Shown here piece after piece: positions 25,311-37,799 of a DNA stretch of 64,000 nt. This stretch comes from Mobula hypostoma (Eukaryota). The stretch lies in the NCBI RefSeq assembly GCF_963921235.1, contig NC_086107.1:93808001-93872000 (forward strand), in the 5' to 3' direction. Below the pieces are notes generated by a model, which made no database searches, was not told the origin of the DNA, and saw only the letters and a program-made list of their open reading frames with translations. Numbering within the stretch: position 1 is the stretch's first letter; every line of letters begins with the position of its first letter. Made by a program: the position numbers and the translations under genes.

Positions 25311-25915
25311 TTCAGTAATTTGCTGTCTGTTTCATTGCTCGGAGGGAAGTTGGGCGACTGCACTGAAACAGGCTCCATAAATATGATATTGGAAAGGCAA
25401 TAAAGAACATCTTGACCTTTTCCAGAATGCAGGGTAGCATTCATAGATTTCTTTCTGCAACCAAAAGTCTTGATATGAGTTTGTGAACATCAACTTCAGC
25501 TCAAAGTCATTTGGTAGTGAGATCAGTTCTTCCTCTGCCCTTCCTGTTAATTCCTCATTATAACTGTTCAGAAATGCATTTATTACCCAATCTGGAATTT
25601 GGATCGAGAGAAGATCCTGAAATCTCTCTGATATGTCTTTATGCAGTTCACTTAACGGGCACAGTATAGTTGTAGATCATCATCTGGTATTCTTTCTTTC
25701 CCCTCCAACTCAGAGAGGCTGGAAAAATGGAAGAGGTTATGGCTGCCAACGTTGCACTTAAATAGTGTTAACTTGGACAGAAATGTGGTGATGACTGACT
25801 TGGCTTTGATAAGATTCATATCATTTCCTTACATTTGAAGATTGATTTTATTAAATTTTGTGAATAATTCTGACAAATAAGCAATGTCATGCCTAATATT
25901 CTGGAGTTGATTGCA

Positions 25916-26620
25916 TCAGAGTCCTGATTAAGCAGGGTGTTAAAATGCTCAGCCCACCTCAGCAGAATGGTATTTTGATTCTTCAGAAGTGTCAGACCAT
26001 CTGCTGTTTTCAGGGGAGTAACGCATCGATTTATTGGGCCGTAGATGATTTTGACAGCATTGTAAAAACTATGCATGTCATTATTATCGGCAAAGGACTG
26101 GATTTCATGTGCCTTTTCAGTCCACCACTCATCTTGTATGGCTGTATTGCCTTTTGCACTTTCCTCTGAGCTGCTGCCAATGCTGCCTGATGCTGGTGGA
26201 TGACGGGTTGTCTAAAGTTGCCCAGTGTGCTTTGTGTATGTCCTTAAGCAAGTTGTGGGTGGTGTCTGAGTTATCGTCAAACCAGTCTTGGTGGTTACTG
26301 CTCTTATGGCCCATGGATTGGGCTGCTGCCTCATAGAGTGCAGAGCTGATATAGGTCCACTGTTGTTCCATGGTATTTTCTGAGCTCAGACAAGATTCCA
26401 GCTCCCTTAGTTTCTCAGTTAGGATGCATCGAAACTCACTTCTTGCTTCTGTGTTTCTCAGGTGATTGCAATTTAGCTGCTTTTTATTGGGTTTTTGCAG
26501 CTGCAAGGGGGGACGCACTTTCATATGGAGCTTGGCCACAATCATACGGTGGTCAGTCCAGCACTCTGCACCTCTCATGGCACGGGTGATGAGAACATCC
26601 TTGATGTCACTACGTCTCAT
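25916..26620 (-). pseudogene. Inverted 5' segment of an RTE-clade LINE (APE endonuclease C-terminus plus linker)
   Basis: ORFs 26129-26620 (VLITRAMRGAECWTDHRMI...HQDWFDDN) and 25816-26076 (FYNAVKIIYGP...LLRWAEHFNTLLNQDSD). Confidence 0.9.
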
Positions 26621-28280
26621 TCAGGACTCTGACACAGACCCCACCATCCTGGATGAACTGCCTGAACTTCCTCCTATTCACGACCTCAGTCTACCACCAA
26701 CCTTCCAGGAGGTTCTATCAGTTGTCCATTCCCTTAAGAACAAGTCCCCTGGCAGTGACAATATTCCTGCTGAGTTACTGAGGAACGAAGGGTACGTTTG
26801 TATGCGCACCCTCTACCAGTACATGACCAAGGCCTGGGCTGATGAGAACATCCCACAGCAATGGAGAAATGCAAACATCGTTGTCATTTATAAGAACAAG
26901 GGTGACAAGGCCATCTGCGGCAATAGTAGGGGCATATCACTCCTTTCTGTTGCTGGAAAGGTCCTGGCTAAGGTGATGCTTCAGAGACTCATCAGCAACA
27001 TCACCGAGTCAATGCTGCCTGAATCGCAGTGTGGATTTAGGAAGAACAGGAGCACGATCGACATGATCTTCTCAGCCCGGCAGCTTCAGGAAAAGTGCCG
27101 GGAGCAACATCAGGACCTGTTTATGGCCTTTGTCGACCTCTCTAAAGCATTTGACACTGTGCAAAGAGAGCGCTTATGGGATGTCCTTCTCAGGTTTGGC
27201 TGTCCCAATAAATTTGTTAACATCCTCCGCCAGTTCCATGATGCTCAGGTGACCATAGGAGGACAAGAGTCCGAGCCCTTCCTTGTATGCACAGGGGTGA
27301 GGCAGGGGTGTGTACTCGCGCCAGTGCTCTTTAACATCTTCCTCTTGTGTGTTACCAAGCTTCTCCACGAGATTGAAGACAGCAGCAGTGCGGCAGTGGA
27401 CGTCAGATTAGATGGCAACCTCTTTGACATCAGGAGGCTCCACGCAACCACCAAACTCCGTAGACAGCGGGTCCTGGATCTGCAGTATGCAGATGACTGT
27501 GCTCTTGTGGCCCATACTCCGGAGGATCTTCAGACTGTCCTTGCTGTGGCGGTGAGAGCGTACAGCAGGATGGGGCTGACTGTCAATACCACCAAGACAG
27601 AAGTGGTTTGCCAATGGAGTACCAGTGACCCACCCACTCTACCTGCCTTCACTGTTGGTGATGAAAAGCTGTCAGGAGTGCCATCTTTCAAATATCTGGG
27701 GAGCATTCTCTCTGAGGATAGCGGCATTGACATTGAGATCCAGAGCCACATTAAACAGGCATCAGCTGCCTTTGAGAGACTTCGGCGTAGAGTCTTTCAG
27801 AACGGGAGCCTTCGTCCCTCCACAAAGGTCGCCGTATACCAAGCAGTCTGTGTCACCACCCTCCTTTATAGCTGTGAAGCTTGGGTAACCTACAGCCATC
27901 ACATCAAGTCCTTGGAGCACTTCCACATAAGCTGCCTCCAGCGCATCCTGGGAATTACCTGGCGTGAACGGGTGCCTCACACTGAAATACTTGTAAAGAC
28001 CAACTGCAGGAGTATTGATCACCCAGTGCCAGACGCAATGGATGGGGCACGTGTTGAGGATGCCCCCATGTCGGCTACCCCGCAGAGTGTTATACGGCCA
28101 CCTACATCATGGTCAACGCTCAGCTGGAAGGCCGAAGAAGCGCTATAAGGATCAGATGAAGAATGCTTTAAGGAAGTGCAAGATCAGACCTGAGGACCTG
28201 GAGGATGTTGCTGCTGACCGTAACACTTGGCGACAGCTGTGTAGGGATGGGGATCATATTCTGGAGATGGAAAGAACACC
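26621..28280 (+). pseudogene. RTE-clade LINE reverse transcriptase (disrupted)
   Basis: KSPGSDNIPAE, PESQCGFRKNRSTIDMIF, FVDLSKAFD, GVRQGCVLAP, YADD, FKYLGS; frameshift near 28015; C-terminus GRPKKRYKD in ORF 28015-28302. Confidence 0.95.
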
Positions 28281-28671
28281 CATCGGCAGTGAATGGCAAT
28301 AGTTCATGGGCCAGGCCCGGATATACCACAATCTCCTCAGCTCAGATTTCTCATGATACTCCAAACAGAGAAGTGCCATGATGCTTCTCAACAACGTGCT
28401 TTGAGCAAAGACTACGAGAATGATGGGTGATTACATGATCATTACATGCTTCTAATAAGTAATCCATTTCTTAAATTTAGCCTGTAATTCCTCCGCTGCC
28501 CCCCCTGCCTTGCTATCGAGTAACTGCCCACCACCCCCAGGAGGGTGATATTACCCACTTCAGGAACCACTGGGTCAATGGGTTAATTGGTCACATAGGT
28601 GTAAATGGGTGGCAATGGTTCACTGGGCCGGATAAGCTTGTTACATAGAACACAGAACACTATGGCCCATG

Positions 28672-29265
28672 GTAAACACAAAATAACCTGCAGATGCTGG
28701 GGTCAAAGCAACACTCACAACACGCTGGAAGAACTCAGCAGGTCGGGCAGCATCCGTGGAAAAGATCGGGCCGGAACCCTTCATCAGGACTGAAGGGGGA
28801 AGGGGCAGAGGCCCTATAAAGAAGTTGCGGGGAGGGTGGGAAGGAGAAGGCTGGTAGGTTCCAGGTGAAAAACCAGTAAGGGGAAAGATAAAGGGGTGGG
28901 GGAGGGGAGGCAGGGAGGGATTAGGCAGGAAAGGTGAAGAAAGAATAGGGGAAAACACAATGGGTAGTGGAAGGAGGCAGAACCATGAGGGAGGTGATAG
29001 GCAGCTGGGGGAGGGGGCAGAGTGACATAGGGATAGGGGAAGGGAGGGGGAAGGAATTACCGGAAGTTGGAGAATTCTATGTTCATACCAAGGGGCTGGA
29101 GACTACCTAGACGGTATATGAGGTGTTGCTCCTCCAATCTGAGTTTAGTCTCATCATGGCAGTAGAGGAGGCCATGTATGGACATATCTGAATGGGAGTG
29201 GGAAGCAGAGTTGAAGTGGGTGGCTACTGGGAGATCCTGTCTGTTTTGGCGGATGGAGCGGAGGT
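28672..29265 (-). mobile_element. PLE 3' end (GIY-YIG C-terminus plus pLTR)
   Basis: Minus strand LPVATHFNS...RLEEQHLIYRLGSLQP; gcccatg on both flanks. Confidence 0.85.
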
Positions 29266-29489
29266 GCCCATGATGATGTGCCAGCCTTTTAAACTACTCT
29301 AAACAGCCTCAGACATAGCCCTCCATATTCCTATCATCCATTTAAGAATTTCTTAAATATCCCTAGTGTATCTGCCTGGCAGAACGTGCTGTATCGCTGA
29401 AGAGGAAATGAAAAAGATTAACCCTCTCGCACTGTCCAGCGAGTCAGCGTCGATTACAGATTTGAAGCTGAATGAAAGCTGCAATCACT

Positions 29490-30740
29490 GAGATTTCTTG
29501 CCGGCATACTCAATGAATTCATAATAGAATAAGTGAAAGACTACACCACCTTGGGCATTCAACCAGTGGTGCAACAAGCTGTGCAAATGCAAAAAGAAAG
29601 AAATATTAATAATAATAAATCAGCAATAAATATCGAGAACATGAGATGAAGAGTCCTTGAAGGTGAGTCCATAGGATTTGGGAACATTTCAATTCATGAG
29701 GCAAGTGAAGTTGAGTGAAGTTACCTACTTCGGTTCAAGAGCCTGATGGTTGAGGGGTAGTGACTGCTCCTGAACCGGGTGGTGTGAGCCCTGAGGCTCC
29801 TGTACCTTCTTCCTGATGGCAGCAGCGAAAAGAGAGCATGACCTGGGGTGTGGGGGTCCCTGATGATGGATGCTGCTTTCCTGCAACAACGCTTCATGTA
29901 GACATGCTCAATTGTGGGGAGGGCTTTACCAGTGATGGACTGGGCCATAACCACTACTTCTTGTAGGATTTTCCAGTCAAGGGCATTGGTGTGTCCATAC
30001 CAGGCTGTGACGCAGCCAGTCAATATGCATAAAGAATTCAGTAAAAACAATAAATATAAATACATAAGATTAGCTTATATACATAGACTGACTATATGTA
30101 CATGAAATGACACTAGGTACAGGAGTGTGTGTACATGAGGTGGCTGACAGGGACTGATAAAGTAGTGGTGGGGTAGGTTAATGGGTGGAGACGTTGATCA
30201 GCCTGATGGCTTGAACAAAGTAACTATTTTTGGTTCTGGTGGTCCTGGCATTGATGCTGCATAGCTTCTTCCCTGTTGGGAGTGGGACAAACAGTCCATG
30301 AGCAGAGTGGGTGTGATCCTTCATGATAGTGCTGGCCTCTTGCCAGCACCTTTCTGTATAGGTAGCACGTGGCCAAGTGGTTAGGGTGTTGGGCTCACAA
30401 TCTGAAGGTCGTGGGTTCGAGTCTCGGCCGAGGCAGCGTGTTGTGTCTTTGAGCAAGGCACTTAACCACAAACTGCTCCAGTCCACCCAGCTGAAAATGG
30501 GTACCGGCAAATGCTGGGGGTTAACCTTGCGATAGACCGGCGTCCTATCCCGGGGGAGTCTCGTACTCTCAGTCACTTCACGCCATGGAAACCAGCATAA
30601 GCACCGGCCTGATGGGCCACAAGGCTCGGGACAGACTTTAACTTTTTTTTCTGTATATACAGGTATATTCTTAATGGCAAGTACGCTGATGCTGGTGATG
30701 CCTTGAGCAGTTTTCACTACCTGTTGTAGAGCCAATAGAC
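29490..30740 (-). mobile_element. Two adjacent Rex1/Babar 3' remnants
   Basis: ORF 29721-30065 LTGCVTAWYG...PSGRRYRS...IRLLN; both ends of ORF 30178-30750. Confidence 0.8.
30361..30647 (+). mobile_element. Full-length tRNA-derived SINE
   Basis: A box gtggccaagtggtt, B box ggttcgagtc; 10-bp TSD tttctgtata (30351-30360, 30648-30657). Confidence 0.9.
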
Positions 30741-30894
30741 GATGCTTCATTTACCGGCATTGTAAAGCAGTTAACTAGGCCCCATTAGTTTACAAGCTCA
30801 TCCCAATTACTGCCATTACACTGAATGCCAGACACAATTGCAAAATGACAGTTATCACTTCCTAAATCATTGGATCAGTAAAGAAATACTCACT

Positions 30895-31463
30895 AGTATT
30901 AGGAACCTCCTGTACACTTGCTCATTAGAATCAGAATCAGAATTCCGATCGGCCAGTCATGTGGGAGAAACTCAATGCACAAAAGCATGAAGTGATGATC
31001 CAGAAGTTCAGTTGTTGTTCAGACCAAACATCAGAACGGGGAAGAAATGTGATCTAAGTGACCTTGACCGTGGAATGATTGTTGGTGCCAGACAGGGTGG
31101 TTTGAGTATCTCAGAAACTGCTGATCTCCTGTGGGTTTTCGTGCACAACCATCTCTAGAGTTTACAGAGAATGGAGCAAAAAAACAAAAAATAAATGTCC
31201 AGTGAGTTACAGTTCTGTGGGTGAAAATGCCTTGTTAATGAGAGAGGTCAAAGAAAAATGGCCAGACTGATTCAGGCTGACAGGAAGGTGACAGTAACTC
31301 AAATAACCACACGTTACACCACTGATGTGCAGAAGAGTATCTCTGTATGCACAACATGCTGAACCTTGACGTGAATGGACTACAGCACCAGAAGACCACG
31401 AGCATACACTCAGTGGCCACTTTATCAGGAACAGGCTGTACTTAATGAACTGGCCATTGAATA
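30895..31463 (+). mobile_element. Tc1 deletion derivative (HTH region only, hairpin right end)
   Basis: GKKCDLSDLDRGMIVGARQGGLSISETADLL; TIR copy at 31407 plus inverted TIR. Confidence 0.85.
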
Positions 31464-32011
31464 CAGTTGCTGCACTAGGAATTTTTCACTAAATTTTACA
31501 TTTTATAAATCATTCCCAATTTGTACCAGTTTCTTGTGCTTCTCCTGTTTCTGCTTAGGTTGAAGCGATGACTAAGGGTCAGAGATTTGGCAACAGACCC
31601 GTTTTAATCCACCATTTGCAGAAAACCCTAATGAACCAGAAGAATGTGTCAACTAATTAGTTTGTGGTTATCATACTTGGAATGTGCTCAGTTCGTCCCT
31701 GAGGCAGTGATCGAGCCCCAGACATACACAGCAAGCAGAGGCAAACCAATTCCTGACAGATTAGGAGGCATTTTGTAATCGATATGGGTGAAATGTATGA
31801 TTACCACTGTGTTCGAAGTGATGGAGCTCGTATCTGTCGCAGTAACAGATTTGACCTCAGATCTGATGAGGTTGCTACTACCAACGGGCAGGAGGCACAG
31901 GAACTTCAGGACCCACACCACCAGGTTCAGGAATAGTTATTACCCTACCAGCATCATGAACCGACATGGGTAACTTATTCAGCTCAACTCTAAACTGATT
32001 CCACAACCTAC

Positions 32012-32827
32012 TGTTGACCGTTCAGCAACAGAACTAGGTTAGGAAATTCACTACACAATTTATAATTAATCGAAGCTCGCACTTTATTGTCTCTGTAACT
32101 ATGTTCACCCCGGGTCAACAGTGTAGAACATGAATTCTACTGTCCCCTCGGTATCAATACTCACTTAGACCACTTGTCCAATTTATAACATCAAAATAGG
32201 GATCTCCATTGGCCAGACGACCGATCCTTTCTTCATCCAGTCCCTGGCATGGGGGTTCCTCCTTGCAATTGTGGGTCTCTCGAGAGAGTTATCACTGATA
32301 TCACACTCAAAGTGTCAACTTTTATACCTGTTCCTTACCAATTCAAATATTGTATTCCAGTATCATTGGCTGTAGGTCATCTGATTGACCTTTAACATTT
32401 TTTTATTGGCTTTTCTCCAGGCCAGCATCCATTCATTTCCCTCTTCCCAGCAAGTGACAATTAGTAATTTACGGGTCTTTGTTCTCCTCAGTAATGAGCT
32501 CAAATCACTCCTGGCAGGCACCAACCCCAAATTTCACAAACCTGCATGTTATGTTATATCAAAGAACACCTCACAAATAACCTCTTATCTGGAAACAATC
32601 TCCAGTCCAGCAGTTGACCTGAAACATCACTGTGTTTCCTTTAAAATACTGAAAGCAAAGCAACTCCATCTCACAAAATGCAGGAGGTAAAACAGTTCAA
32701 TAAAATGGTAGCCTCCATCTTCAAGCACACGGCAGGAACAAAGACAATTGATCTGTCTGCTTCCACCATCCTTGACCCATTCGAGTTCAATGTTTTCTTT
32801 CGTATTTTAAATCCACCATGGTTAACA
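32012..32827 (-). mobile_element. Probable solo LTR inserted in a Rex 3' UTR
   Basis: Ends tgttgacc...ggttaaca (TG..CA, short inverted repeat); minus-strand TATA (~32322) and AATAAA (~32083); host acaaccta|taggctcactttc resumes. Confidence 0.65.
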
Positions 32828-33477
32828 ATATAGGCTCACTTTCAAAAGCACTTTGCACCTTTGTGGAGTTAAATTATTTTGTCTTGCACATTGGTTGTTT
32901 GTAGGTCTTTGTTTATGTTTTGTTATTTTTTGTAAATTCTATCGTATTTCTTTTTTTCCCTGCATAAGCCAACAAGAAAATAAATCTGAAGGCGGTATAT
33001 AGTGACACGTGCACACCTCGATAAAAAATTTGCTTTCAACTTTGAATAGTGAGATACAAAAAAGCATGGTCACAAGAAAGCAGCTCCCACCATCAAGGAC
33101 CCCACCGTCCAGCCCATGCTCTCTTCTCCCTGCTGCCATCAGGAGGAGGTACAGGAGCCTTATGCCCCACGTCATCAGGTTCAGGAACAGTTATCACCCT
33201 ACAACCATCTGGTTCCTGAACCAGCGTGGATAACTTCCCTCAGCTCAACCCTGAACTGATTCCACAATCTATAGGTGCACTTTCAAGGATTCTACAACTC
33301 ATTTTCTCGGGATCATTTATTTACTTTTTAAAATCAATTGCATGATTTGCCTTCTTCACAATGGTTGTTTTTTAGTTTTTGTTTATGTGTGTATTTTTCA
33401 TAGGTTCTATTGCATTTCTTTATTTTCCTGCAAAAGCCTGGAAGAAAATGAGTCTCATGGTAACATATGGTGACATA

Positions 33478-34021
33478 CACTCAGTAGCTGCTTTATTAGA
33501 TACACCTGCTTGTTAATGTAAATATCTAATGTGGCAGCAACTCAATGCACAAAAGCATGCAGACATGGTCAAGAGGTTCAGTTGTTCAGACCAAACATCA
33601 GAATGGGGAAGAAATGTGATCTTAGTAACTTTGATCATGGACTGATTGTTGGTGCCAGATGGGGTGGTATGAGTATCTCAGAAACCGCTGAGATTTTCAT
33701 GCACAATAGTCTCTTGAATTTACAGAGAATGGTGCAAAAAAACAGAACAACACCCAGTGAGCGGCAGTTCTGTGGGCAAAAATGCCTTGTTAATGAGAGG
33801 TCAGATGAGAATGCTCACACTAGTTCAAGCTGACAGGAAGGCGACAATAACTCAAATAATGACATGTTACAACAGTGGTGTGCGATAGAGCATCTCTGGA
33901 AGCACAACACATTGAACCTTGAAGTGGATTGGCTATAGCTGTGGAAGCCCATGAAAATACACACAGTAGCCACTTTATCAGGGACAGGAGTTACTGTACC
34001 TAGTAAAGCAACCACGGAGCG
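33478..34021 (+). mobile_element. Tc1 deletion derivative (HTH region only, hairpin right end)
   Basis: TA plus TIR; ORF 33531-33833 contains MGKKCDLSNFDHGLIVGARWGGMSISETA; TIR copy at 33960. Confidence 0.85.
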
Positions 34022-35927
34022 TTTAAGTATTTTGCTAATAAACCTTCTTTTGACTTTTGCCAGTTTGGTGACTGAGGAGTAGAAGGAGATGGTGGCCTTT
34101 GAGTACTCTCAAGCTGCTCTTACCAATAACTTCAGCTGGAGGCAGAAGGCGCTGCAATTGCTGGAATCGGGAACAAGATGTTGGAGGATCAGTGGGTCAG
34201 GCAGCATCTGTGGAGTGAAGTGGACAGCCGATGATTCAGTTGGAAACCTCTCCTGTCTAGGTGAAAGGGTCGCAACCTGAAAAGTCAACTATTTCCCTCT
34301 GCAAACGCCACCTGACTTGACTGAGTTTCTTTTCTGCTCTACCTTCAGGCATCTGCCATGACTCAGTCACATCCTTCAGACAGAACGTCGAGAGTTCGAT
34401 CCCCTCTCCGGACTGGAATCCCTAACCTAGACAGGCACTTTAATCCATTCCCACTGGGATAGTGTTGCTAGGTATGCTGGTCTACAGCCTAGAAACTAAA
34501 CCATTGGCAGGAGGTACAGAAACCTGAAGTCCCACAGTACCAGCTTCAGGAACAGCTAGTTCCTTTCAACCATTCGATTCTTAAAGCAACCTAAACAACC
34601 CTAATCACTACATATTAGCAACACTATGAGCACTTTGATCGCTTGGCTCTACGATGGATTTTGGGATTTTTCTAATAGTTTTCTTTCTTTTGTAAAATGC
34701 GGCATAGTTTATGTTCTTCTTGTGAATGTTGTGTCTCTGATGCTACGTGCCTGTAATGCTCCTGCAGGCTTTTCACTACACCTGTGCAGATGACAATAAA
34801 CTCCCGGCCAAGAGCAAAGGAACCCCTAGTACAGATTGAAAGCATCGTTCCACATGGTGTTGTTGGATCTGATGACGTTGATCAGATCTACGCCGAGTGC
34901 CCTTAGCATTAATGGAGCAGTCCGCGAACGGCAGGTTGGGAACTCCTGATCCAGAGGTTTATCGGAAGTCAAGAATGAGGCATCAAAGTTGGTGGTTTCA
35001 GCCGTTTTATTAAATGTCAGAAGATCAAAGAACAAAGAAAAAGAAGTTGTGGTCCTCTCATACTCAGACTAGAGATAATAACTTTCCAGTGAGAACAATA
35101 CCCAGTATAAGGGTCTCGGCCCCAAACGTTGACTGCTTATTCCCCTTCATAGATGTTGCCTGTCCTGCTGAGTTCCTTCAGCATTTTCTGTGTGTTGCTC
35201 TGGATTTCCAACATCTACATTCTGGCTTCTTCCCCCTCCCCTTCCAGTCCTGATGAAGACCTGAAACGTCCATTATTTAACCCCCTCCATAGATGCAGCC
35301 TGACCTATTGAGTTCCTCCAGCCTTTTGTGTGTGTTACTCTGCAGAATCTCGTGTTTATGATGTGCAAGATTCAAGTGACGTGATGCCTGCTGCAGAAAT
35401 CTGAGAAGCTTCTAGAAAATAAAGATTCAGCTATACTACAATTACTAGAAAATTTACTCGACGTATATAGGTAATTACATTAGTCCACTGGTGGTGCAGT
35501 GTCATCCACGTTGGACTTTGAGGCGAGTGGTCCCGGCTTGAATCCAGCCAGCTCCCTGCACACTTTCCATCCGTGCTGGGTTGAGCGCCGAGCTAGCAAC
35601 TCAGCCTCGTAAAAAAAAAGACAAAAATGCCAAAGGAATGGCAAAGTTACTGCCCAATGAGCCACAGGCATGGAAAGGAACAACAACAAAGTGATTATAT
35701 AAGAACGATAAGCAAGTATAGAAAAGTTAAACTACAAGAAAAATACTAGTGAAATAACAATTCTGCACCCTGATCCAATATTGTCCTGGCCGGTGTCATC
35801 GCTCAACCAAAGTCACTGAAGAAAAATTGTCTGATTATTATCCTCCAAGTTTTGAGGGAAGTTACTGTGTGCCCATTGTACCACTATTTTCTTGTGTTAC
35901 ACATTAAAAAGCTACTTCATTCACAAT

Positions 35928-36279
35928 AAACACACACAAAAAATGCTGGTGAAAGCAGCAGGCCAGGCAGCATCTATAGGAAGAGGTACAGACAGTCGAT
36001 CTTTTGGGCCGAGACCCCTCGTCAGGACTAACTGAAAGAAGAGGTAGTAAGAGATTTGAAAGTGGGAGGGGGGTAGGGGGAGATCTATCATTTCGGATTC
36101 CCCTCCCCCCCCACTTTCAAATCTCTTACTATCACTTCTTTCAGTTAGTCCTGACGAAGGGTCTGGGCCCGAAACATCAACTGTACCTCTTCTTATAGAT
36201 GCTGCCTGGCCTGCTGCGTTCACCAGCATTTTCTGTGTGTGTTGCTTGAATTTCCAGCATCTGCAGATTTCCTCGTGTT
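35928..36279. mobile_element. PLE fold-back insertion (near-palindromic, non-coding)
   Basis: 12-bp TSD ttcattcacaat (35916-35927, 36280-36291); arms ~35930-36075 and ~36100-36243 are reverse complements. Confidence 0.9.
36146..36183 (+). ncRNA. Minimal type I hammerhead motif (slightly degenerate)
   Basis: tagtc-CTGACGA-a-gggtctgggccc-GAAA-ca-TC-aactg. Confidence 0.6.
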
Positions 36280-37799
36280 TTCATTCACAATTGGGACTTC
36301 AGGTTCTCATGAAAGATGCTTCTTGATTTCTGAAAGGCAAACAACGTATGTCTGTTAACTCAAAACTGACCTGAAAGTTGTTCAGTCTCCCATCAAGCAG
36401 AAGATGCAAACGCCTGAAAGCACGTGCCACCAGGCACGCGGGCAGCTTCCGTCCTGCTGTGGTCGGACTCGGTGAAACGATAAACATCACTTGTCACACG
36501 TACATTGAAGCATACAGCGAAATGCGTCGAACCAGATCAGCGAGGATTGCACTGGGCGGCCCTCACGAGAGGCGTCGCCACACCTCTGGCGCCAATGTGG
36601 AACGTACGAGCTCCTTACTGACGGCAATGGGAATAACCTGGGCTGCTGGCACTGTGACAGCAGCGTGCTTACTGCTGTGCTACGAGCCGCCCATACACTC
36701 AGACACTAAGATGAACTCCAACTTCACAATCTACCTCACTGTACATTATTGTTTGCCTGCACTGCACTTTCGCTGTAGCTTGTACCCCATTTATTCTGAT
36801 TTGTTACCCTTTGACCTTATTCCAGCTCCGTCATTGTACAATATTCTAGCTCGATGCTCTGTGTAATGATTTGATCTGTCTGAACAGCTTTTCATTATAT
36901 CTCAGCACAGGTGACAATAACCAACCAATACCAATTCCAAGCATGTCTCCACGCTGCCTGCTACGTAACACGAGGTGCTGCAATGTTGCTTGTTGGCTCT
37001 GGTGAGCAACTTTCTGGAAGAGTAACATTATAAAATGGAGTAGAGGGGCAGAGGGGAGAAACAGCGTTACACAGCAACAAACACATCTGCTGGAAGAACT
37101 CAACGGGTTGAACAGATGATGCTCGACCAGCTGAGCTCCGCCAGCAGATTCCAAGTCTTAGAGGTTCCAGCATCTGTCGCCCCTGGTGTCTCCAGTGGTA
37201 AACAATACACTAGAATGAAGAACAAGTACTAAATGCACATAGAACATAGAATGTAGAAACATACACATACAGAAACATAGTACAGGCCATTCGGCCCATA
37301 ATATTGTGCTGACTTTTTAACCTAGTCTAAAATCAATTTCACCTTTCCCTTCTACATAACACTCCGGTTTTCTTTCATCCATGTGCCTATCTCAGTCTCT
37401 TAAATATCCCTAATGCATCTGCCTCTACCACAATGTGTTTATTGTTTTGTGTCAGCGGTATAACATAAATTACAAAAATGAACTGAGCAAAAGAAAAAGA
37501 TCGACAAGATGGTTTTCGTGGGTCCGTGGACCGTTCGGAAATCTGACGGCACAGCAGGAAGAAGCTGTTCCTGAATCGTTGAGTGTGTGTCTTCAGGCTC
37601 GCGTACCTCCTCCCTGATGGTGGCAATCAGAAGGCAGCATGTCCCGAGGGTGAGGGTTTTTAATGCTAGATGCCACCTCCCTGAGGCCCCACTCCTTGAA
37701 GATGTTTTCGATAGTGGGTAGGACTGTGTCTGCAGGATGATTGTTTGTCATATGCTATCCCTGATCTCAGTCCCTCTGTCAACGTTAAGAATTTATCTG

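Noticed and set aside
26466..26620. N-terminus of the 560-aa ORF as real protein
   Set aside because: It is the antisense read-through of the inverted endonuclease segment; RTE homology on the plus strand starts at 26621.
34826..35035. 69-aa ORF in unique sequence
   Set aside because: Non-ATG start, no recognisable motif and no convincing splice pair.
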